Below are positions 18,689 to 27,782 of a stretch of 64,000 bases of DNA, one piece after another. Position 1 is the stretch's first letter. Every line of letters starts with the position of its first letter. The notes beneath the pieces were generated by a model. It had not been told where the DNA came from and made no database searches. It saw nothing but the letters and a program-made list of their open reading frames with translations. Both the position numbers and the translations under genes were made by a program. Location of the stretch: assembly GCA_963695545.1 (NCBI GenBank), contig OY968796.1:2432001-2496000 (forward strand), given 5' to 3'. Source of the DNA: Terriglobia bacterium. Its GTDB lineage: Bacteria; Acidobacteriota; Terriglobia; Acidiferrales; UBA7541.

Positions 18689-21262
18689 TCAGCGCACTTC
18701 GATGAAGAAGCCGTCTACTCGGCGCCCGAATCCGGCGAAGTCGCCATAACTCGGGGACGTGACGTTATTGAACACGTCGTGCGGATTCTGATGATTCGTC
18801 ACGTCGACGGAAAGCACCCCGACATGCAGGATGCGGTTGTCCGGACGGCCGTGAAGCGTGAATCTACTGAGCGAGAAATCCCGATACACCTGAAAATCGA
18901 GCGAGAAGTAGTACGGGAAGCGCAGGGAGTTGGGCGTTCCCACATAATTTTGAAGAGCGTCGACCGAGGAATACGGCAACCCCGTGTGCACGTCCAGTAC
19001 CGGACAGATGGTCATCTTGAACGGCAACGCAAACGATCCAGTCGCCACCAGGCGATTGGGAACGTCCGATGGCGAAATGCCATAGGAGTTGGGGCGGATA
19101 ACCGGCTGCTCGAATGGCACGAAGATGTTCGAGAGCAGATTCAAATCACTCAGGGCGCTGCTGTGGATATAGGAAATGTCCAATTCGTCGCGCTCGGTCG
19201 GTTGGAAACGCAGCGCGGCTTCGAAGGCGTGATATCGGGCGCTCCCGGAGTACGCTAAACCCAGAAGTGACGGTCCACCGGAAGAGCCGGTGACGTCAGG
19301 CATCGGACTGACGATCGGGAGATCAGCGGTCGCACTCTGGAGATAGTTGACGCGAATTTGCAGGTTGCGCCGCAGCTCGTGGTCAAGTTCAACATTCCAG
19401 GTAACGTTGCGTGAGGCCGCGTCGAGGTCGTCGGTGGCGACGGCAAATCCACCGCCGGAGGTTTTTCGCAGATTGACGTTCTCGAAGCTGATCGGAGTGC
19501 CCGTCAATTCACCGTTCGCATCGTAGTAGCTGATCACCCTGGTGAGGTTATCGGTGAAATCCGTGGCCAGCATCGGAACGCGATCGAAGAAGACGCCGGC
19601 CCCGGCATGAATCACGGTTTTCTGTCTCTTATCGGGAGAGAAGGACAGCCCGAGGCGCGGTGCGAACGCCGCGCCTCGGCCCGCGACCTGGCTATCCAGC
19701 CGCGCGCCGAGGTCGGCTGTCACGCGGCCGCCGATCCCCCAACGATCCTCGATAAATTCGGCGACTTCGGTATCCGTGCCGCGCGTCAGCCCGGAGCCCT
19801 GGAAATTGATTTCCTCCGCGAGCGACCCATCCTCTCGAAGCATCTGAACAGGGTGGGAATGCGTAGTGCCGTCATACGCTCGACGCGATATCGCAACGCC
19901 CTGCGTAAACTCGTGATGACCGTGCCAGTTTTTCAAGGGAATCCGCAACGATGGCAACACCTGAAGCTGGTCCGTATTTCGGACCCAGGAGTTGAAATAA
20001 TTCCCGCTCCATCCCTCCGGCGTGATGAGCATGTCCGCGAGGCCCTGGCCGGCGGCGTTGGTGTTGAGGCGCGTGTATTGAATGACGGTGCGCGCCAACA
20101 TCCCAGAGGCGAACTGGTAGCTGTCTGATACGCCCGCAGAGAACCCATGCTGGCCATCGTTCGACGACGCCGTTTGGGGCACGAGCGCACCGATGCCGGC
20201 AAACTGCACGTGCTGGGAGAAGAGGTTCAAATTCAAATTCATGACGTGCCGCGAAGACAAAATTGCCTCAATGCTGGTTCTGGCGCCGGCGCCCTGTGTG
20301 ACCGTTTCGTTGTAGGGCCACGGAAGTCCGCGGACGGGCGGCCTCGTGAATGTGTAAGTGATCGCCTCCGAAAAATGAAGTTTCCCCTTCCAAAGCGGAC
20401 CGGTCAGGTAAAGCCGCGGCTCCTCGTCCTGAACACCGACGACGTGGTCGTTCTTTCCGCGGAAACCGGGAAGAAAGTTATTCAGGCCGAACTGCCAATG
20501 ATCTGCCGGCGCTTTCGTTTGGATCTCGGTCAATCCTCCGGAGAACCCGCCGAACTGGGAATCATAGGGAGCCTCCAGCACGGATAGCGTCTGGATGGCG
20601 TCGACGGAAATCGGAATGGAAAAATTTCCGGTCACCGGCTCGACATTCTCGGCGGAGTCGACCAACAACATTCCCTCGCTTTCGGGTGTCCCCTTTATGT
20701 TGAGCGTGCCATTCTGCGTTCGGACAACGCTGGGAACCAGGGGAAGGGCCGAGGTAACGCTCGGTTGTGGGAGGGGCAGGTTCACGATTTGTTGGCTGGT
20801 GACCGTGGTGGCAGTGCTCGCGTTCTCTGTGGCGATCGAGCTTGCCGTTTCTCGGACGACTGCCGTTTGAGACGTAGCGGCGAGACGCAGGCTGACATCG
20901 CGCGTCAGAATCGCGCCCTGCGTCAGGTCCACTGTCACGGTAAGAGTTTGAAAACCGGCCAGGCTTACTTCCAGCGTGTAGGTGTCACTGGGCAACCCGG
21001 CAAATCGATAGGCGCCGTCTTCGTCCGTGATCGTGGACCATCCGGGAACTCCCGCGTTCGCGGAGCTTAACCGTACCGTGGCGCCTGATAGCGGTGAAGA
21101 CTTCCCGGGATTCTCCTGGAGCGATACGCTGCCTTGGATAGAGCCGGCGTTGGATGGAGCCGCACCGCGCGCGCTTTGCGCCACGGCGCCGACGGGCGCG
21201 AGAACAATCAAAGCCGGAAGGATCAGACCGAGAGCGTCGCGTGTGTGTCCGCGAAGATTCAT
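18689..21262 (-). CDS. TonB-dependent receptor-like outer-membrane protein with N-terminal carboxypeptidase-regulatory domain
   Basis: Signal peptide; GAYRFAGLPSDTYTLEVSLAGF, FGGFSGG, FAPRLGLSF, beta-barrel-like C-terminus. Confidence 0.85.
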   Translation of the reverse strand: MNLRGHTRDALGLILPALIVLAPVGAVAQSARGAAPSNAGSIQGSVSLQENPGKSSPLSGATVRLSSANAGVPGWSTITDEDGAYRFAGLPSDTYTLEVSLAGFQTLTVTVDLTQGAILTRDVSLRLAATSQTAVVRETASSIATENASTATTVTSQQIVNLPLPQPSVTSALPLVPSVVRTQNGTLNIKGTPESEGMLLVDSAENVEPVTGNFSIPISVDAIQTLSVLEAPYDSQFGGFSGGLTEIQTKAPADHWQFGLNNFLPGFRGKNDHVVGVQDEEPRLYLTGPLWKGKLHFSEAITYTFTRPPVRGLPWPYNETVTQGAGARTSIEAILSSRHVMNLNLNLFSQHVQFAGIGALVPQTASSNDGQHGFSAGVSDSYQFASGMLARTVIQYTRLNTNAAGQGLADMLITPEGWSGNYFNSWVRNTDQLQVLPSLRIPLKNWHGHHEFTQGVAISRRAYDGTTHSHPVQMLREDGSLAEEINFQGSGLTRGTDTEVAEFIEDRWGIGGRVTADLGARLDSQVAGRGAAFAPRLGLSFSPDKRQKTVIHAGAGVFFDRVPMLATDFTDNLTRVISYYDANGELTGTPISFENVNLRKTSGGGFAVATDDLDAASRNVTWNVELDHELRRNLQIRVNYLQSATADLPIVSPMPDVTGSSGGPSLLGLAYSGSARYHAFEAALRFQPTERDELDISYIHSSALSDLNLLSNIFVPFEQPVIRPNSYGISPSDVPNRLVATGSFALPFKMTICPVLDVHTGLPYSSVDALQNYVGTPNSLRFPYYFSLDFQVYRDFSLSRFTLHGRPDNRILHVGVLSVDVTNHQNPHDVFNNVTSPSYGDFAGFGRRVDGFFIEVR

Positions 21263-21312
21263 AGGAAGGTGCAGTGTATCCGGAACGAAACCAGGATCGT
21301 ATAGATAAGAGG

Positions 21313-21615
21313 TTATCTCAGCGGCTCAATGCCCTCGCATATTTCTTCCGGCATGTTCCATCTCGAGAGGGCGACGACCTGGACGGTCCGGGAGTTCGGG
21401 CTTCCGCCGGGCGCCAGGGTCATTTCTGCTTCCACCAGGTCAGTTCGACGCAGATGGGAACGTCGTTCTTCACAGCCCTGGCCAGGAGTTCCGGCGGATC
21501 GATCTTGAAATCGGCGTGCGTTGCGAGCCGTGTCCGCCTGATACTCGGCTTCCGATGTCGCCCGCTCCAGGAAACCTTGGCTTGCTAGGTCATCTTCGAC
21601 TATTCGTAACCGCAT
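21313..21615 (-). pseudogene. Decayed OmpR-type response regulator
   Basis: MRLRIVEDDLASQGFLERATSEAEYQADTARN resembles a receiver N-terminus; a shifted frame gives DPPELLAR; the phospho-acceptor region is missing. Confidence 0.55.
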
Positions 21616-21698
21616 GAGCCTCCCCCTCGCAGGGACTCTACACCCGAACCTGGAATCTTTGTAACCGCTCAAGCGTTGGAATAACAGCGACGCAGCCA

Positions 21699-21726
21699 AC
21701 TACTGATTAGCGCGCTATTCGCACTT
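21699..21726 (-). repeat. dif-like site E (inverted relative to A-D)
   Basis: Minus strand AAGTGCGAATA-gcgcgc-TAATCAGTAGT; right arm 10/11 identical to site B. Confidence 0.5.
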
Positions 21727-21857
21727 GCCTAGCGCCGCGGCGCAGCCCGCTTCCTCTCTGATTCTTAAGTTCGCACGAGCTCACTCCCGGTCCTCCAACC
21801 GCCGAGTAACACCGAGCGCACCTCAGTTTGGGCATGCGCGGCCCCCGGCGACGAGTT

Positions 21858-22212
21858 TTCGAACAGTATACCCACAAAATAATATTGACATCCGCCAACA
21901 GTTATGCTAAAAGGTGGTGTGAAGACCGAACATCTTTTCGAATTGCCCCGTCCCCCTCCCGGATGCCGCTCCGGGGAGGTACCCAGCGCCTACTCCCGTC
22001 CCATCCCGCCGTCCCAGTCACGCAAATCTTCGCACTCATTTGCACCAAACCCACCCTCCAACCCCTTCATTTCCAGCACCTTGCAAAAGAGTGCGCAACT
22101 CATTGAAACCACTCAACATTAAGTCACTCTGTTTTCACACTCATCCGCACTCTTCTCCTGCAAGTCCTTTGTTTCCAGCTATTTCGCAAAACATACCGGG
22201 GGTGTATATACG
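21858..22212 (+). repeat. Dispersed promoter-bearing element, copy 1
   Basis: TTGACA(21885)-N17-TAAAAG-GTGGT-GTG(21919); identical 21-, 23- and 28-nt blocks shared with 57330-57653. Confidence 0.8.
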
Positions 22213-22237
22213 CAAGAGCTATAATATCGACCGGGCC

Positions 22238-24016
22238 ATGCTCCGAGCGCTTGAAATCGTAACCCAAGAAATCACCGTGCGCGGCGGCTGCGGGATATCC
22301 CTTTCAGTCGAAGTCCGGGCTGCGCGCCGCTTCGCAATTGCCTCGGGCGCCGCGATGGCTTGTGCGCTACTCGTCTCGTGCAGCGGCGGTGGCGGAACGT
22401 ACTCCGCTCCGCCCGCGCCACCTCCCCCCGCATCGATCATTCAGAGTTTCAGCGCCTCTCCAGCGACCATCACCGCTGGCCAAAGCTCCACGCTCTCCTG
22501 GACTCTCAGCGGCGCAACGTCATTCAGCCTCTCCGGCGTCACCGCCACGCCCGCAAATTCCATCACCGTCACGCCCGCCGCCACCACAACCTATACGCTC
22601 ACCGCAATCGGCCCGAGCGGCACTTTCATGCAGCCCGTCACCGTCGAAGTCACATCGGCAACCCCAATCGGTTCCGCGCAAGTTTCCACGCTCCAGCCCG
22701 GCACGGCCATCTCGCCCACTTTCCTCGGTTTTTCCCACGAATGGACCGGCGCTCCGACCCTGATGGGCTCGCCCGCCACCGGCACGAACCCCATTTATCG
22801 CCAGCTTGTAAAAAATCTATTGGCCTACGGCGGCGGACCGCTGATCGTGCGCATCGGCGGCAACAGCACGGACGAAACCGGCGCACCCGTCGCCGGCGTC
22901 GTCGCGCCCGAAGCGCAGCTTGCCACCGACATCGGCGCTAAATTCACGCTCGGCGTGAATCTAGGCTCCGACAACGTGCAACTCGCCACCAATCAAGCCG
23001 CAGCCTACATCCCCGCGATGCCTTCCGGCTCGCTGCTCGCCATCGAAATCGGAAACGAGCCGGATCTCTACGCCGGCAATGGCGATCGCGCCGCCACATA
23101 CACCGTCGCCAATTATTTCCAGGATTTCGCCACCTGGCGCGCCGCGATCGAACCGCTGCTGCCTGCGGGTGCGGGCCTCATGGGCCCGTCCTGGGCGTCC
23201 ACCAGCACGCTCACGAATTTGTCCACGTTTCTTTCGCAGGAATCGCAATACCTCGCGATCGTCAGCCAGCACTATTACGCCGGCACTTCCTGCAGCGGCA
23301 AAACCAATCCTCCGGATTTTCTCCTCGGCGCGTCGGAATCAACCTCCGGCCCCAAAGACGTCGCCTCCTACGTGCCTCTCGCGCACGCTGACAATCTTCC
23401 GTTTCGCATGGGCGAAATGAATTCCATTTCCTGCGGCGGCGAAACCGGCGTCAGCGACACCTTCGCCTCCGCGCTCTGGTCTGCCGACATCATGTTCGGC
23501 TTCGCGAGCGTCGGCGTCGACGGCGTGAATTTTCACAACGGCAACGGCGGCGCCTACGCCCTGTTTCAATTCAATATCAATACGGCCACCACGCCGTACA
23601 CCTACTCGATCGAATCCATTCGCCCCGAATATTACGGCCTGCTTTTCTTCCAGCAAGCCACGGCCCACGGCTCAAAGCTTCTTCCCGGCACGCTCACCAC
23701 TGCAGCAAACCTGAAAGTCTGGGCCACGCTGGACGACACCGGAAACGTTCGCGTCGCGCTCATCAACAAAGACGAAACCGCCACCGGCGTTGTGACCATC
23801 ACGCTCAGCGGCTACGGAAACGCCACGGTCACGCGTCTTCTCGCGCCGACCTATCAATCAACTTCCGGCATCACTCTCGGCGGCCAGACCTTCGACGGCA
23901 GCACCGACGGCACAGCGCAGGGCACCGCCTACGGTGAAATCGTCGCCCCGCAAAACGGAATTTACACCGTAGCCATCGGCCCGACGAGCGCCGCTCTCGT
24001 CACCGTGAGTCCGTAG
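22238..24016 (+). CDS. GH79 beta-glucuronidase/heparanase-like lipoprotein with N-terminal Ig-like domain
   Basis: VRIGGNSTD, IEIGNEPDLY, FRMGEMNS, SDTFASALW, GVNFH, RPEYYG; lipobox LVSC. Start uncertain; the ORF-track start at 22040 lies inside the repeat element. Confidence 0.85.
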   Translation: MLRALEIVTQEITVRGGCGISLSVEVRAARRFAIASGAAMACALLVSCSGGGGTYSAPPAPPPPASIIQSFSASPATITAGQSSTLSWTLSGATSFSLSGVTATPANSITVTPAATTTYTLTAIGPSGTFMQPVTVEVTSATPIGSAQVSTLQPGTAISPTFLGFSHEWTGAPTLMGSPATGTNPIYRQLVKNLLAYGGGPLIVRIGGNSTDETGAPVAGVVAPEAQLATDIGAKFTLGVNLGSDNVQLATNQAAAYIPAMPSGSLLAIEIGNEPDLYAGNGDRAATYTVANYFQDFATWRAAIEPLLPAGAGLMGPSWASTSTLTNLSTFLSQESQYLAIVSQHYYAGTSCSGKTNPPDFLLGASESTSGPKDVASYVPLAHADNLPFRMGEMNSISCGGETGVSDTFASALWSADIMFGFASVGVDGVNFHNGNGGAYALFQFNINTATTPYTYSIESIRPEYYGLLFFQQATAHGSKLLPGTLTTAANLKVWATLDDTGNVRVALINKDETATGVVTITLSGYGNATVTRLLAPTYQSTSGITLGGQTFDGSTDGTAQGTAYGEIVAPQNGIYTVAIGPTSAALVTVSP

Positions 24017-24067
24017 CCGTTGTCGCAAAGAAGGGTAGAAGAGGAAAGAACGATGCAGTCGCCAAGC

Positions 24068-25204
24068 TTATTGCCGCGCGAACAGATAGTGCGACACTCC
24101 CCATTCCTCGCCGCCCGCGTAGCCCCACAATTCTTCGCAGGCGAAAAAGAAAATTCTCCAACGCTCAAGCCATCGCCGAGCCTCGCGCTGCCGCGCAGCG
24201 CCCGCAAGTCCGCGTCCGTACGTTTCCGCGAACACGTCCAGCACTTCGTCGCGATGCGCGTCCAGATTCCGCCGCCAGATGTCGGCGGTTTTTTCGTAGT
24301 GCTTGCCGCTAACGCGCCATTGCCGCAGCAATTGCACGTCGCGCTGAAAATAAAGCAGGAGATCTTCGCTCGGCATCATCCCGCCGGTGAAAAAATGCTC
24401 GGACATCCAGTCCGAAGAATCCCGCGCCTCGAACAGATACGCAAACCGCCGGTGCGTGAACACGTGCACGAACAATCGCGCGTCGTCCGCCATCCACGCC
24501 GCCACGCGCTGCAACAGCAGCTCCAGATTTCTCGTGTGCTCGAACATCTCCACCGACACCACGCGGTCAAACTTTCCGTTGGCGGCAATTTCCGCCAGCG
24601 GCTCGAAGCGATTGATGTCTTCCGTCACGATCCGCACGTTGCTCAATCCTTGCTGCCTCGCGCGCGCCTCAATGAACTCTCTCTGCGAACGCGAATTCGA
24701 GACGCCCAGAATTTCGCAGCGCGGAAACTGCCGCGCGAGATACAGCGAAAGCGATCCCCATCCGCAGCCCAACTCCAGGATCCGTTGACCCTCCGCGATC
24801 TCCGCGCGCCGCGCCGTTTCCGCAAGCATGTTTTCTTCCGCGTCGTCGAGCGAGCGCGTCCCGCGCTCCCACAGCGCGCAGCTGTATTTCATCTGCCGCC
24901 CCAACACCAGCTCGAAAAATCGCGCCGGCACTTCGTAATGCTGCGCGTTGGCCGAGGCCGTTTCGACCGCGATCGGACTGCGTCTCAATCGTTCGACGAG
25001 CGCGAGCTTTCGCTCCAGATTGCGCTCGCCGTCGCCCGCATCTTCCTGCACGAGGCGCGCAGCCAGCAGCCTGCGAATCCCGATGCGCAGCAGCGCGTCC
25101 GGCACCAAGCCGCTCTCCGCCACGCGAGAAAGCCTCGAGCGCGGCGCAGCAGTCGCGCTTACGTGCGCTGCGGCGGCGATTGGATCGGAGCTCGCGGTGT
25201 TCAC
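24068..25204 (-). CDS. SAM-dependent methyltransferase (Cfa/coclaurine N-methyltransferase-like)
   Basis: [46 protein letters not shown] start overlaps the DUF1295 stop. Confidence 0.88.
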   Translation of the reverse strand: MNTASSDPIAAAAHVSATAAPRSRLSRVAESGLVPDALLRIGIRRLLAARLVQEDAGDGERNLERKLALVERLRRSPIAVETASANAQHYEVPARFFELVLGRQMKYSCALWERGTRSLDDAEENMLAETARRAEIAEGQRILELGCGWGSLSLYLARQFPRCEILGVSNSRSQREFIEARARQQGLSNVRIVTEDINRFEPLAEIAANGKFDRVVSVEMFEHTRNLELLLQRVAAWMADDARLFVHVFTHRRFAYLFEARDSSDWMSEHFFTGGMMPSEDLLLYFQRDVQLLRQWRVSGKHYEKTADIWRRNLDAHRDEVLDVFAETYGRGLAGAARQREARRWLERWRIFFFACEELWGYAGGEEWGVSHYLFARQ

Positions 25205-26031
25205 AGCGGATCTCTTTGGAGTTCCTCTTGCGACTTCTTGTGAAACCACGGCACGAAGGCGCTGGTGGTCTCCTGATACTGGCGGTACGCTTCGCCGCGG
25301 CTGCGAAGCGCCTGCTCCTCCGTGGCCGGTATGCCCGTCACGCGAAACAAGAAATAGAACATCAGCACCGGACCAATCAGTCCCACGTAACCTCCCGGCG
25401 ACGGCAACGCGAACAGCGCCCACGCCACCCACACCAGCCACTCAAAGAAATAATTGGGATGCCGCGAATAATTCCACAGCCCCACTTGGCACACTTTGCC
25501 TTTGTTCGCCGCTATGCGTTTGAACCGCGCCAGTTGCACGTCCGCCACGGTTTCACCGAACACCCCGCAAAACCAGATCGCGACCGCCACATAGCACAGC
25601 GGCGAAACGCGCGGCGAAGGATCGAGCGCCACCGCGAAGAATCCCAGCGACAACACCACGTCGAGCAGCGCCTGCAACTCGAAGAACGCCAAAAATTTCA
25701 AGGGGATCAGCGTCTTCCACTCGCGCCGCATCTGCGCGTAGCGCGGATCCTCCGGTCCTGCCTCCATGCGAATCAGAATATGCAGCCCCAGGCGCACTCC
25801 CCAGAGCGTCACCATGCAAACCAATCCCCACGTGTGAATTCCCGCGGCGGTGATCGGCGAGTGCACCACAGCCAAGCCCGTCAGCAGGATCAGCCCCAGC
25901 GTCCAGCCCACGTCCACAATTCCGGCGTTGCGCGTAACCAGAGAGAGAAGCCACAGCAGGAACATCAGCGCCGCGACCAGCCCCGTGCCGATCACAATCA
26001 GATGAATCGCCAAAGCCAGCGTCGGCGTCAT
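25201..26031 (-). CDS. DUF1295 membrane protein (steroid 5-alpha-reductase-like)
   Basis: [43 protein letters not shown]. Confidence 0.88.
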   Translation of the reverse strand: MTPTLALAIHLIVIGTGLVAALMFLLWLLSLVTRNAGIVDVGWTLGLILLTGLAVVHSPITAAGIHTWGLVCMVTLWGVRLGLHILIRMEAGPEDPRYAQMRREWKTLIPLKFLAFFELQALLDVVLSLGFFAVALDPSPRVSPLCYVAVAIWFCGVFGETVADVQLARFKRIAANKGKVCQVGLWNYSRHPNYFFEWLVWVAWALFALPSPGGYVGLIGPVLMFYFLFRVTGIPATEEQALRSRGEAYRQYQETTSAFVPWFHKKSQEELQRDPL

Positions 26032-26585
26032 GGTTTTCCCGTTCCGTCAAGCGAGGATGCAATCGCCGACGTCGTTTCCGCGGGCGCGCTCGCGCCGTGC
26101 GCATCGCGGGAACGCTTGAGCGCGCCCAATCCGCTTCCCAGCCGCCGCACCGCCGGACGCAAAACCGCGTTGAGCAATAAGATCATCGGCACCGCCACAA
26201 TCAGCCACGCGACGATAGCATGCAGCGTCGCAATCCACAGCACGCGAATCGCGCCCCACGCGCTCACGCGGATCATCGCGAAAATGTCCGCGAGCTTGAA
26301 TGGCAGCGGCGGCTCACGAAATAAAATTCGCCCGGCGCGCAACAGCGGCACCAGCAGCGCCAACTGCAATGGATATACGAAGTAGTTCACGATTTGGATC
26401 GCGGGGAAATTCAGGCCGAACAAAAACGCCGCCAGCGTGCACAAAATCGTCGTCGAGCCGAGCACCGGAAACGTTCCGAGAACCATGCCGAACGCCAGGC
26501 TCAACGCGATCTTCTCCGGCGTAATCCCCATGCGCAGAAGTTGCACAAGCGGTTGCACCAACCGGCGCTGGAAAAATCCGCGCAT
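26028..26585 (-). CDS. DUF2062 membrane protein
   Basis: GITPEKIALSLAFG..LGTFPVLG; NFPAIQIVNYFVYPLQ. Confidence 0.8.
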   Translation of the reverse strand: MRGFFQRRLVQPLVQLLRMGITPEKIALSLAFGMVLGTFPVLGSTTILCTLAAFLFGLNFPAIQIVNYFVYPLQLALLVPLLRAGRILFREPPLPFKLADIFAMIRVSAWGAIRVLWIATLHAIVAWLIVAVPMILLLNAVLRPAVRRLGSGLGALKRSRDAHGASAPAETTSAIASSLDGTGKP

Positions 26586-26628
26586 AATTATTTGTCACGC
26601 ATTCTGCTCGCGCCCTCGCCACTGTAGA

Positions 26629-26893
26629 TACGGAATCGAGCGCATCATCGGATTCGCGGAATTCGCGATCGTGCAGCTTCGCATCTTCATCTTTGCGGCA
26701 TCCTATGTTTCGCTCCCTTCCATGGCAAGTAATTATCCGTCGCGCCCGCGCGGTATCGGCGTTCGCGCCGATCGTTTGCGTCCGAGAGCCCGAGCGGCTC
26801 TCGTCGGCGAGCGGTTCGCGTTGCCCATAACCGCAACTCCGACTAAGATGGCTGCCGTACTAACCCGCAATCCAAATTGCTCGAAATGTCGTA
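26629..26893. promoter_or_regulatory. Divergent ECF-sigma-type promoters (AATCC-N16/17-CGTA)
   Basis: Minus: GAATCC(26655-50)-N17-CGTA(26632-29). Plus: CAATCC(26868)-N16-CGTA(26890), with a similar copy 34 bp upstream. Confidence 0.5.
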
Positions 26894-26912
26894 ATCCCAT
26901 CTAGGGGGCACT

Positions 26913-27782
26913 GTGGAAACTGCTTTGTCAAAGCCCACGTTCGGCACGGCTCCATCCGGAGGCTTCTGGAAGCGCTATCGCTATGTGAAAGCGGTGCCGT
27001 TCTTCCTGATTCACGCAAGCTGCCTGGCCGTTTTTTTCGTCACCTTTCGCTGGAAATGGGTTGCGCTGATGGCTGTGCTCTATGCCGTGCGCATGTTCGC
27101 GGTCACCGCCGGCTACCATCGCTATTTCAGCCATCGCTCGTACAAGTTGAATCGCGTCTGGCAATTCCTGTTGGCGCTCGCGGCGGAGACTTCCTGCCAG
27201 AAAGGCGTCCTGTGGTGGGCGGCGAATCATCGGCATCACCATCGCTACGCCGATCAGGAAGAGGATATTCATTCGCCCGGCCTGCACGGCATCTGGTGGT
27301 CGCACGTCGGCTGGATTCTTTCAGACGAATATGATCGCTACGACGCGCGCATGATCAAGGATTTCGGCAAATATCCCGAATTGCGCTGGCTCGACCGCTT
27401 CCACTGGGTTCCGCCCCTCGCGCTTGCGGGAATTTTGCTCGCACTCGGAGGGTGGCCGGCATTCGTGTGGGGCTTCCTGGTTTCGACCGTGCTGCTTTTT
27501 CACGGCACGTTCTGCATCAATTCGCTCTCGCATCTCTGGGGCACGCGCCGCTTCAACACACCCGATCACAGCCGCAATAATTTCACGTTGGCGGTCATCA
27601 CGCTCGGCGAAGGCTGGCACAACAATCATCACCGTCACATGTACGCCTGCCGCCAAGGCATGCGCTGGTGGGAAATTGACGTTACCTACTATGCGCTCTG
27701 GTGCCTCGGCCGGATCGGCGTCGTCCGCGAGCTGCGCGGATTCCGCCTGCCGTCCGATGCCACGCCGGAAGAGGTTGGATGA
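26913..27782 (+). CDS. Delta-9-type acyl-lipid/acyl-CoA desaturase
   Basis: His boxes HRYFSH, HRHHH, HNNHH; GEGWHNNHH, WWEID. Confidence 0.92.
   Translation: METALSKPTFGTAPSGGFWKRYRYVKAVPFFLIHASCLAVFFVTFRWKWVALMAVLYAVRMFAVTAGYHRYFSHRSYKLNRVWQFLLALAAETSCQKGVLWWAANHRHHHRYADQEEDIHSPGLHGIWWSHVGWILSDEYDRYDARMIKDFGKYPELRWLDRFHWVPPLALAGILLALGGWPAFVWGFLVSTVLLFHGTFCINSLSHLWGTRRFNTPDHSRNNFTLAVITLGEGWHNNHHRHMYACRQGMRWWEIDVTYYALWCLGRIGVVRELRGFRLPSDATPEEVG

Noticed and set aside
12131..21726. Reading the repeated sites as a CRISPR array or integron attC array
   Set aside because: Spacing is kb-scale and irregular; no cas or intI gene; no RYYYAAC/GTTRRRY core.
22040..22237. N-terminal extension of the GH79 ORF
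   Set aside because: Derives from the repeat element; the signal peptide and lipobox lie downstream.
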